Source: Camelus ferus (lineage: Eukaryota). Taken from it: a stretch of 64,000 bases of DNA. Positions within the stretch are counted from its first letter, which is position 1, and each line of letters begins with the position of its first letter. The DNA is taken from assembly GCF_009834535.1 (NCBI RefSeq), contig NC_045696.1, positions 62,374,001 through 62,438,000 of the forward strand, read 5' to 3'. The notes below the pieces were generated by a model that saw only the letters and a list, made by a program, of their open reading frames with translations, ran no database searches and was not told the origin of the DNA. Position numbers and translations under genes: made by a program. Shown in pieces: positions 52,768-64,000 of this stretch.

Positions 52768-54419
52768 TGAGTGGCTGTGGTTTCAAAGGCAATGCTCATC
52801 CTAGAGGCAGCCCTGCAGAGAGCTGTCCTGGGATGACTGGCGTCCTTGCCATCCAGTTCAGGGAGGACGCAGACTTTGCTAGGTCTGGATTACTTGCTCA
52901 CAATAGGTCCTGAGATGGAAGATTTTGGCAGGCAGGATGGTAGGGACTAGAAGTCGCTCATTCATTTCCATGATGACTTGCTAGGCACCTTATTGTGTAT
53001 CAGGCCCTGGGAGAGGTACTAGGGGCTCAACGGTAACACAGACTGCAAGGTTCCTGCTCTTGTTGCAAAATAGATCCTCCAGCAGGACAGGACTGCAGGG
53101 ACCGTCTTGTCTGACCTCCAAACCAAGAGGGAAGCCCTTTATCATTTGCTGAGAGAGAGCATCCAGCTCAGGTTGAATCCTTCCAGAAACTGGGGGCTCA
53201 TCACCTTACGTGACAGCGTATCCCATCTCTAGCCAGCTTTAACTGTTAGAAAACTCCTTTTCTTGTTAAGCAAGAGTCAAATTCATACATAGTCACACTC
53301 CAGGCTAAATGAACAGGAGGGCCTGCAGGAATATATTTTCTATTACTGAGGGCTTCTAACAGATTGATATTTGATCCAAAAATTCACACTTTAGAAAGCA
53401 AATATAACCTTAAAAAGAACCCTAGGAAGAACTCCTACCCATCCGCCATCAACAAAGAGCAACAATAAACAACAGTGACCAGTATTAATTATTTCCTGTG
53501 TGCCAGGCACTGTTCTATATATGTGCACACATATACATATGTATAATATGGATGCATTTATGTATGTATATGTAAATGGACATGTATATGTTCATTTAAT
53601 TCCCATAACAACCCCGAGGTAGGTGCTATTATTAAGCCCATTTTTATGGATGAGGTAAAGTAATTTGGCAAAGGGTCACACAGCTTATAAGTGACAAAGC
53701 TGAGATTCAAAACCAGGGAGAATTGAAATGGGGCAGAGACCAGAAGATAAATGAAAGAGGCTGGGAATGAAAGATTGTCCTTCCTGTTTCCTCCAGAGTC
53801 TGAGAATTGTTTTCAACTCCAAGAAAACAACTACAATCCATCCTGGAAGTTACTCAGGCTCAGAGAGGCTTGCCGTGGCCACCCTATTACCCACTAAGCC
53901 TCCTGTGAGCCAAAACAGAAGGCTGACTCCCTGACCCTGCAGAAACCAAAGAAACAGAGTAAGAATCTTGAGGAACTCTAAAGAAAAACCCTGCTCATTT
54001 CAGAGCCCAGGAAGGGCTGCAGGAATTGAGATGCAGATCCCCAGAAGCTCTCGCAGGGATTCTGAAGGCCCCAAAGTGACAATGACTTCATTTTAAATAG
54101 TTTGTCCCATTCTAAGACCAAGAGTCAGACACTGATACAGATCTCAAAACCCAGGCGATTCCCCTAGCTCTCCTGAGTTGGCCAGGAGTCCTCCTCAACT
54201 ATATCCTGAGTATTAGGTCACTCTGCCCCTAGGCTCACTCCTACTTGAGAGCAATGGCACGTGGAAAGAGGTTTGTTAGTTCAGGAAAAACAGTATAGTT
54301 TCTCCTCCCAGGAGTGCTGCAGAGCACATGGAGGGCACAGCAGGGAGTCTGGGCAAAATACTCTTAGCCAGTGTTGGAATGTGAGGGCCGAAGCGGCCGG
54401 CACAGGGCTGGGACTGAAG

Positions 54420-54655
54420 GGCTCAAGCTTTGGGGTTAGGCTGCCTGGTTTCAAATCTTGGTTCTACCACTTCCTAATGATGCAATCTTAGGTTAGTTAT
54501 GACAATTTTCTAAGCCTCAGTCTCCTCCTCTGTAAAATGGCAATAATCGTAATACCTCCCTCCATAAGGCTGTGTGAGCATTAAATGAGGTAGCACATGT
54601 AAAGGACTTAGAACAGTGTTTGGCATGTAGTAATCAAGCAATATTACCTATTGTT
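54420..54655 (+). mobile_element. MIR SINE
   Basis: Core TAAGCCTCAGTCTCCTCCTCTGTAAAATGG...ATTAAATGAG...CTTAGAACAGTG. Other MIR copies lie at about 12200-12330, 18520-18730, 38000-38160, 39280-39440, 43620-43820, 45995-46190 and 53470-53715. Confidence 0.88.
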
Positions 54656-56034
54656 GTTAATCTGCTGCCACCCTTGACAACACAAGTGCATTTTTCCTAT
54701 GAACAAATTGTGAGTTTATGATCAGAGACTGGTGTTTTGAAAACTGTTCTGGAGCAAAACATAAATGATGGTGCAAAGGGGGAAAGTCTGTTGGGAAGAG
54801 ACTGATTTGTTGCTAAGCAACTGTATGTAGATAGAAATGGACCATCTCCTGTCTTACAGATTGAGTTCCAGGTGAGAGAACAGGGCACGCTCTCCAGCCT
54901 TGCTCAGTGACAAACAGATTATGCAATTCAGCAGCATCAGAGAGCATTTCCCACGTGCCCCTTTACCTGCTGCTTATTGTCTGGTTTCTAGGACATCCAT
55001 CACCACTACTATAGCTTCCTGACTTTCTAGCACACGCTAAAGCTCTCATTTTAGTTTGTGTGCCCCTCTAAGAACTGGTGAACAGGCAGCTCCTCTGCTT
55101 GGCCTACTAGAAAGAGCACCCTGATTCCTGAGCACCCCACTTCGTGGCCTCAATCCCCAATCCCTAGGCCTTTCCCCTCTCCCCTAGATCCATGAGGTCA
55201 GTGGAAGTTATCCAGAAATGGGGCCAGCTCCCTTCAAAAGAGTAAAAGTATTTCATCTATCCAATCAAAGACCATTGCTTTTAAGACGCACTACCCTTTT
55301 ATGCACCACCGAGAAAGAAATGATACTGCCATTTGTAAGTGTAAGATGGCATTAATTGTAAGATGCACGTTTCTTCATACGTAAAGTCCCTGAGATCTAG
55401 ATGCCCCAGACAATTCCTGAAGGGAGGTAAATGTTTCCTCATTGCCTGCTTTCGCCCGGTCCACACCCCAGTCAGAAGCTTGCTAAACTGGATGAGGTCT
55501 CAGAGCTCAGGCATGGACCCCTTGATGGGACAGATGATGCCACATGCTATCAGTGAAGCCCAAAGAGAAGGGAACTTTACAGATCTCCACACTCCATGTT
55601 TTGCATTATTTCCCACAATCAAGTCAGTCTTTAATTTTTTCCTCTGGCCTCTTCTCATTTTTAAAGATGTGAATCTTCTTTCTGTGTTGAGTTGTTTTGT
55701 TTGCTTATTTTCCCCTTCTCATTTCTTCCCTCTTGGTTTGGAGTCTGGGAGCAGGAAATAGCCTTGCAGGTCACTACAGACACTCCAAAAAACAGTATTG
55801 AAGTGCCAGGGCCTCACATATTACCCAATCCTGGGGCAGTACAATTGTTATTTCTTATCACCCCAAGCTGTCCTCCTTGGCTTGGTCTCAGAGACAGTGA
55901 GAAAGCAAAGGGGAGGGAATGGACTTAGGACCCAGCCTCCCTTCAAAACACCCCTAACCAGAAATCACAACGTTGGCCACCACGATTGTTAACATCACAA
56001 ATCTAGCCTTTCATTGATTTTTGGTTTTTAATGA

Positions 56035-56397
<363 letters not shown>

Positions 56398-56610
56398 TGA
56401 CAAGCACCCAAGTGATTTACTATAAAACTACACAGTAATTGTTTAAAAAGAGGAAGCACCAATTGGAGCACATTGGGCATGAGCAGTAGGAGACCCAAGC
56501 CAGTCTTGTTTCCCACAGAAAACAAATAACTGAGAAATTAGTAGTTATTAGCAGAACAACTAACACGTGCGAAAGCTTGGAAGCTGGTGATGATAAAAGT
56601 GAAGGTAAGT

Positions 56611-56736
56611 GGGGGAGGTTAAAGCTCAGTGGTAGAGCTCGTGCTTAGCATGTATGAGGTCCTGGGTTCAATCCCCAGTACCACCATTAAAAACTATAGT
56701 AGATAAACCTAATTGCCTTCCCACCACCAACAACAA
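56611..56736 (+). mobile_element. tRNA-Ala(AGC)-derived SINE (camelid Vic-1 type), long form
   Basis: Same tRNA-Ala head plus a 3' tail (AAACCTAATTGCCTTCCCACC...A-rich). Perfect 16-bp TSD AAAAGTGAAGGTAAGT at 56595-56610 and 56737-56752. Confidence 0.92.
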
Positions 56737-57804
56737 AAAAGTGAAGGTAAGTTTGAGTCCTGGCTCTGCCACGTTCTAGCTACATTGTTGGGGTTTCATT
56801 TGGGTCCATCTTTCTCTCAACTTAAGCAAGCTGGGCAATGCATTTTCCTTGGTATTCAGAGGTAATGTTATTGAATAATATCCTCTGAATGAAAATGATC
56901 TTTGAGACTGAAAAACAAAGCAGGCAATTCCAGAAAGTGCAATTATGAAGTTTATCGTGGGTAACTTACATACTGGCAGAACCAGGTGGACGACCATCAG
57001 AGACATTCAAAACGGGTACAGGGGGACTTAAAGGGGCCAAAGCTAAAATAGAATCTAACTACCAGGGAGAAGCACGTCCACACCTACAGAAACGGAGGGG
57101 TTTTCCTCCCCTCCCCCTCCCCAGGGGTCTCATGACCATTAACCATCTGTGTCAGCAAAGACATTCTTCTAGATTTCAAATCAGATGAAGACAAGGGTGA
57201 AAGTTGGTAAGAGGCTTATCTGGCTTGGGCGCATTCCTTGTGAGGAGGCTGAAGTTCAGTGACACACAAAGGGGAGGGGGTAGGACTGCGGGCCTAAGAT
57301 GGAGCTGATGTAGGTCAGCCACACACTTGGCTTGGACCTTGGCTGGGGAGGTCAAGTTCACGGAGGAAACTTCTGGAGTCAGGTAGAGAAGGTAAATCCT
57401 CCATCTCTCTTCTTAAGGACCCTTTTAATGTTGAGCTTTCAACACTATGCAGATGTCAATCAGTGAATCTTTATAGGCCCTTTGAGAGGAAGAGTTTGTA
57501 ACCTGTTACCACCTGATTTACCTTATTCTTAAGAATGCAGGGATTTTTGAAGGTCACGCGAGAAGAAAAACAAACAAACCAACAGTAGCTCCTACCTCCT
57601 CCCTAAGGCGGGTTCTAGAGGAAGATGAGTGGTACAGACTCAGAAAGCCTAGGGTCCTGGACCTTACACTCCTGACTGCTTAGCTAAGTGGTGGCTCCAT
57701 GTGCACTGGTGCTAAGTGCAGCCTGTCAGTCCAGGGGGTCTAGCCAAATGCCCCAGGTACTGTTGGTTTCCAGGTGCCAACCTGTGGTCAGGGAGGGGAT
57801 CCAG

Positions 57805-57972
57805 AATGATGGCTCTGAACTCCGGCTCCTCATTAGAATCACTGAGGAATTTTCAAAAGTACCAGCAATCTCCAGTTCAGAATCTGGGAATCGGTGGGTG
57901 TGGGGAGTTGGACCTAGTATTTTCCAAAGTTCCTGTATGATTCCCACACGAAGCCAGAATTAAAAGCCACTG
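57805..57972. mobile_element. MER5-like MITE just upstream of APOD exon 5
   Basis: CATTAGAATCACTGAGGAA...TCAGAATCTGGG...GCCAGAATTAAAAGCCACTG. Confidence 0.65.
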
Positions 57973-58020
57973 ATGTAGAACTCAGACCGCAGAGCCTGGC
58001 TTCCAGGGTCCTGGAGATGA

Positions 58021-58308
<288 letters not shown>

Positions 58309-58523
58309 CCAGGCTCTAAAGGGAGGCTGCATTCACTCCATGTTCCTTCTTTTGCTTTGCTTTTCCCCCACACCACCCCTCATAAAGACAACCCAACCCA
58401 TCATGGCAAACCATCGCAAATACCAGAAGGGAAATGTGACAACAAAAGCTAGTGGAGAGGAACTCAAGGCAAGTGGGCCCAAACACTTAGCCACGCACCA
58501 CCTTGTTACCTTGCAAGCCTGAT

Positions 58524-58529
58524 AATAAA
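58524..58529 (+). terminator. APOD: APOD polyadenylation signal
   Basis: AATAAA about 215 nt after the stop codon. Confidence 0.85.
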
Positions 58530-60849
58530 CTTGTTGCTGACCTGCTATACTCACAGTAGATTCCAAATTGGACTAATTATTCTGGGGTTTGTAATTATAA
58601 GCTTATGTTTGGAAATCCTTAAGCAGTTATTGAAAAAAAAATAAGCACTGAACAGTTTGAGTTTAAAGGTAACAATCCTGTTCCTGGAAATGGAAAGCTG
58701 ATGGCAAAGGTGTATTCTGGGTGACCTGAATCCAGGCGCCCCCACCCTGCAGACGGCAGTCCTTAGGGAGGAATTATTTGGAGTTTTGGAGTCTCTGACA
58801 GGCCATTTCCTGGAAGCATTTACTTTCTCTTCAGGAGGACATCAGAGTCAGGCTAAAGAATGGGACCATCTTGGGGTCTGGCAAGGAAGAAGAGAATCTA
58901 TGAGGGAGAAGTTACAGGAATTTTTTTTAAGAAAATAATTTTTGATGGTCTTTCATTCAACTGATATTTACTGGGACCCAGTTGCCTCCCAGGCCTTGGA
59001 AATACAGAATCCCTGTACTCCCACAGAAGCTCACAGACTCGTGAGGGAGACTCACAAGTAAAGATGCAGTTATAATCCAAGCTGAGGGGTGCAAAGGTAG
59101 AGTCGTGTGGAGGAAGCTGTGGGAGCTCCAAGAAGGCCTCAGCCCCTGGAAGGCCCAGATACCCACAAGGCTGTACAGTCACGCCTCTGGGTGTTCCAGC
59201 ATCAGGAGGTGAGCAACCACCTGGAGGTTTTTTGTTTTTTATACATCATGACTATTAAAATCAGAACAACCCTACAATGGCACTTAGTTCATATAACATT
59301 TATCACCCACTAACGTTTTGGGAAATGAACAGAAAATTAAGGCATTTGATTAGATGTTGGCATTTTCAGCATGAATATAAAATATTAATTTCCCTTGAGC
59401 ACTTGAGACTCTTCAATGCTCTATATTGAAGGTTACAAAAATTCCAAGAACCTTAATATGTATAATTTTCATTTTACTAAATAAATATGACCTCAAAATA
59501 TAGTTTGCAATTCGAAATTCCTAAAGGCTGGACAAAAAGTCGGTGAGGAATAGGTAGGAATTGGAGGAGGCCCTCTCCTCCCAGCTCAGCCGCTGTCCCC
59601 TCCACCAGAGGGCACTTGGCTCCTCTTCTAAATACAGTTCTTCCCAAGAGTATTAAGCTGCCTATCTATCTCGTGTCTCATGGTACAAAATAAGTTATGA
59701 CTGTGTTCCTCTTAACAGCTATTTATGGCATCTCAAATAATGAATGTGACTATATCTGACACCTTTTACAGTGTATTGCCCAATACATAGTCTCAGATTT
59801 CTTGCGGGATGAATTACTGGATGGGTGGATAGATGCATGGACTTGAGGTTTTTGGTAAAGGAAAAGGAAACTATGGAACAGGTATCAGAGGTGATTGAAT
59901 CTGAGAAAAATTGAGGGGAATCCAGAGGGCAGCATGAGGGCACCAAGTGTCTAGGTGAAATACGTGGGAAAACAACAAAAAAATCCAGAAAGGAGAGGAA
60001 GAGAACAGAAGTGGGAAGTAAACAGCAAAATAGAGATGGTGGTAAATCCCCCTGTGGCCATAAATAAGTGAATCCCAGGTACCCATCAGCAGCTCCAGCA
60101 GTCATCAACAGTTCACCAATCTTGTGTTGGCTATCTCCCACCCGCTCCCAGTTTTTTTTCTTAGAGTGTTTTGAAGCAAATCCTAAAATCACATCCTATT
60201 ATTTTGCCCATTAACTACCTAAGGATAAATCTCTAGCGGGTACAGACATTTTTTAAACAAACTAACAAACAAAATGCAAGGTTATGTTTTATATCCTGAA
60301 GGTGTTCAGAAAATACAATCTATGTAGTTTAAAGATTATTTTATATTGTCCAGATCAAAGGGAAGATGTGTGTATTAAAACGTTCATCATACTTTTACTT
60401 GTAGCAGCCCCCAAACTGAAAGGAGCTAAATCAAAACCAACAGCAGAGGAATGAGATCATAGATTTTGGAAGAGCCACTTGACATAATATGGCGTACTCA
60501 TTAAAACCCATTGTTGTGAGAACTAGGAAGCCACACAGGAGCTGGTGTCTGCCCACCCATAGTCACCACTAGTCCGGGGAAGGGGATGAAGGAAGAAGAG
60601 GGGTCCCTGCATATGGCCTTGCTGCCTGCAGAGAGAGAGTCTGGAGCACGTGCTCTGCCTACCCAGCTACATCTGATAGGACCAAGGTGTGTCCACTTGA
60701 GCTAATGACAGCCGACCCACAGGCTGAACAGAAGCCTCTGATTTTTGTGGCCCGCCTGAATGGAAAAGATAAATTAGGCCAATCTAACCAGAATTTGACA
60801 GTAAGAGATCTGGAGAGAGGATAATTGAAAACGCTACATGACTGTGAGG

Positions 60850-61185
60850 TCATTTAGTTTGGGCTGGCCATTTTTGGCGATGCACAGCTGAACTGTGAGA
60901 GGGCAGAACAGAAATGCAAAGATAAGCAGAGACCTTACCCAAGACCCCTGACAGAGCAGCCTCAGTAGCTGATGGCTTTCTGTGTCCTAGCTCCAAATTC
61001 CTGTGCAGCTTAGCTGTCTTAGGTGGCTGTCCTTGGATTTCTGTAAGATTAGGTACATACATACACACACACACACACCTACACACATACCTACACACAC
61101 ACTTACACACACACAGTCCTTTTTTCTGAGGTAATTTAACTTGACTAAGTGAATGTTCCTTGCAACCTAAAATAGCCCTAAGACA
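60850..61185 (+). mobile_element. MLT1-family LTR fragment with (CA)n expansion
   Basis: GGCCATTTTTGGC...TTCCTTGCAACCTAAAATAGCCCTAA end. (CA)-rich at 61057-61113. Confidence 0.6.
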
Positions 61186-61559
61186 AAAGTGTTCACAATA
61201 TAATGCTGAGTTAAAAAAAGAATGCAGCACTGTACCTAAGTTGTACTTGTAGTTACATAAAATGATGGCATAAAAATCAAAGAGTAAAAGTGAAAAGAGA
61301 AATGACAGCAATTAATGTGTTAGAATTGTGGGATTACAGAGTGATTTTTCTTCCCTCTTTTAGTCCTGCTTTGTAGTGTAAGCCCTAAAACTTTAGGTCC
61401 TAAAACTTCCTTCTAGTTCAGCCTGGCCCTCTGGCAAGTCGAATGCCAAGCCCCAAAGAAATAGGCTTCTTCTTACAACAGTTACCTCAGGCTCCCAGAC
61501 CTTTCTGAACTGAACTCCCATCCCACCACACTCCCATTTCATCTGAGATGATGGCCTCT

Positions 61560-61895
61560 GCAGGCTCTAGGGGAGAATCTGTTCCTCACCTCTTCCAGCT
61601 TCTGGGGGCTGCCAGCATTCCTTGGTTTGTGGCCACGTCATTCCAATTTTCAACTCTCTTTCTACTCTGTCTTCTTGTGCACAGGAGTGTGTGTGTGTGA
61701 AATCTTCCTTTGCCTCCCTCTTATAGCCCACTTGCCATGGCATTTAGGGCTCATCTGGATAATCCAGGCTAACCTCCCCATCTCAAGACCATTAATCACA
61801 TCAGCAAAGATCCCTTTTTCCAGATTTAACATTTACAGGTTTCAGGGATTAGGACCTGATATCTTTGGGAGGGGGCACATTTTCAGCTGCCATAA
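61560..61895 (-). mobile_element. MLT1C-like LTR fragment
   Basis: GGCTCTAGGGGAGAATCTGTTCCTCACCTCTTCCAGCTTCTGG...CCCCATCTCAAGA..TTAATCACATC. Confidence 0.85.
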
Positions 61896-63039
61896 TGTTT
61901 TTTTTTTTTTTTTTAATGAAGCTGAATGGTGGGAAATAGCAGACAAGGATTCATGGCTCTCTACCTTGAGTTACGGTTATCTGCACATGTGTCTTTCGTC
62001 AGACACAGACCATGAACCTCTCGTGGAGAGCTCTCTGGGAGGCTGAAGAGCAGTTGTAGTGGGAATGACTCAGTGGGACGCTTAGAAGACTAGGAGTCAC
62101 GCCCTAAGAGTAGGGTGTATGAATTTGTCATTTTAGAGCTGGAGCAATTCTGGCTGAGATCCAGCGTATAACACCTGTAAGTGGATTCCTCTCATTTTTA
62201 GAATTTTTGTGAGTCTCTTTTAAGATATAAAAATGTTTAAAGAATGACCTCCCTTCCTCCAAAAATTTAATCTTCAGAGTCCTGAAGTCTAAAAAACAAA
62301 CCAAAAAAAAAAAGTTTATAAAGCTGAGTGGATTGGATGCTAACTTCTAGTAGTAGAATTTCAAGCATTGAGACAGGTCAGGGGAGAAAAATTCCAGTCA
62401 TATGACATAGGCAGCCACCAGCTCCACCTGCTTTTAATCCGACCCTTCTGTCTCCAACCCTTCCCAGGTCAAAAGAGCTGCCAGTGCTCTATGAGCCTGC
62501 TCTGTCCCCAGGAGGTGACAAATGGGCTCAGGAGCTCCCTGGCCAGAATGCGCAGTTCAGGAAAAAGCAGGTGGTACTCCTTTGTCAGCACAGTTCAGCT
62601 GTGACTCAGCACATGTTCATTTTCCGCCTGCAGCCTAGGTGGAGCAGGATGGGTGAGGTCAGGGCCTGTACTAGAGTCAGAGGCCTCCCCCTGTCTACCC
62701 TTCCCAAATGAGGGAGTGGTTGGTAATGACCAGGACCAACCCTACTGGAGGATGCTATGGAAGTCAATAAAATTGAGGCTGCCGTCTCTGGCCTTCTGCC
62801 TAAGGGCATTTTGTCAACAACGTGATCTGTGCATGGGAAACAGTCTAGATGGGTCATTTTTGCACCTAGGATTTACTAGTATGAATAACCTCTCTACCTT
62901 GGCAGACATAGAAACTAAAGTTGTTGGCATTTCATTTTGGCATTCATTTCGCAGCTCAGATGGTATCTCTACAGGCATCTACCTAAAAGTGATTGCCCCA
63001 ATTACCATTCATCCTCTTATGCATTTTAAAATTTCTTTC

Positions 63040-63236
63040 TTACCATTTTTCACAATCTGTAATTATCTTGTTTACTTATTTACTTATGTATTTATTGTCT
63101 ATTCATATCACTACAATGTAGGCTCTCTGAAAACAGGAACCTTGCTTTTTTCTGCATTCTTGTATCCTCAGAACTTAGGATAATGCCTGACACACAATAG
63201 ACTCTCAATACATTTTTATTGAATGAATGAATGAAT
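63040..63236 (+). mobile_element. L2 3' end
   Basis: ACACAATAGACTCTCAATACATTTTTAT(TGAA)n. Confidence 0.8.
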
Positions 63237-64000
63237 TCGGAGGCTGAAAAATGCCCTAGGACCCAGAAAGATCCAATCATGAAAGTGAAAACAAAACCCA
63301 AATAAATATAAATATATTATATTTATGTGCTTTGACTTATTAAGATGGCTTCCCAGTTTGCTGTTTCTGCTCCATTCCCACAATTTCCCACAGGAATATC
63401 ATTCCCCTCATATGCACATTCATTTTCCAAATGGAGAAACTGATGCCCAGCAAAGTGAAATGACTTGAACAGAACTATGTGGCCAGTTACAGTTATGACT
63501 TGAACTTGGACACTAATTTCTGTCAGAGAAGTAATTCACTCATAGGATATTTTGGGATATTTACCTCATTCAGTTCCTCGTTCCTCAGAAAACAACAAAA
63601 CACCTCCTATGAGAAAAACGTTTTTGTCTCCATGAGACAAAAATCTATGGTACAAAGTCAGTGTTACATTTGACAAGTCAATAACGTCTACATAGGAGGT
63701 TATAGTCAAGGAATAACTAGCAAGGAGCAGTTTTGGCTAAGCCCGGTGACACTCTACGTTATTAGAGATGAGTGAGAGCAGGACACATGAGATGTCAACA
63801 AGGAAGTCTTGGACTCAGACTCTGGTTATTTTTAGCATTAGGAATATGGTTTCATATGGCTAAGGGGCAACTCTACCAGGGAGCAGGGGACTGACTGGCT
63901 TCATGAGACCTTCCCAGCATCTAGAGCCATCTGGACAAGGGCAGCACAGGAAGCATGAAGAACAGGAGTTTCTAATACCCACCCTCCCATGAGACTCTGC

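Overview
Mammalian genomic DNA, most likely a camelid: it carries two tRNA-Ala-derived Vic-1-type SINEs and a cetartiodactyl-type L1 3' end. There is one intact protein-coding gene, APOD (+ strand, 5 exons, about 43487-58548). Its spliced CDS 46873-46995, 52645-52766, 56073-56161, 58073-58308 is 570 nt (189 aa). A disabled processed pseudogene of SMIM29 lies at about 5370-6191. The rest is mostly L1, L2, MIR, MER, MLT and a solo ERV1 LTR. The main unexplained signal is on the minus strand at about 27.7-37.0 kb. Seven collinear fragments, several bounded by splice sites and interrupted by stops or frameshifts, resemble STRA6, the membrane receptor for the lipocalin RBP4. They suggest a decayed STRA6-family receptor gene lying head-to-head with the lipocalin gene APOD. 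That call rests on manual alignment to sequences recalled from memory and needs a profile search. All repeat family names are also by recognition, not database search.
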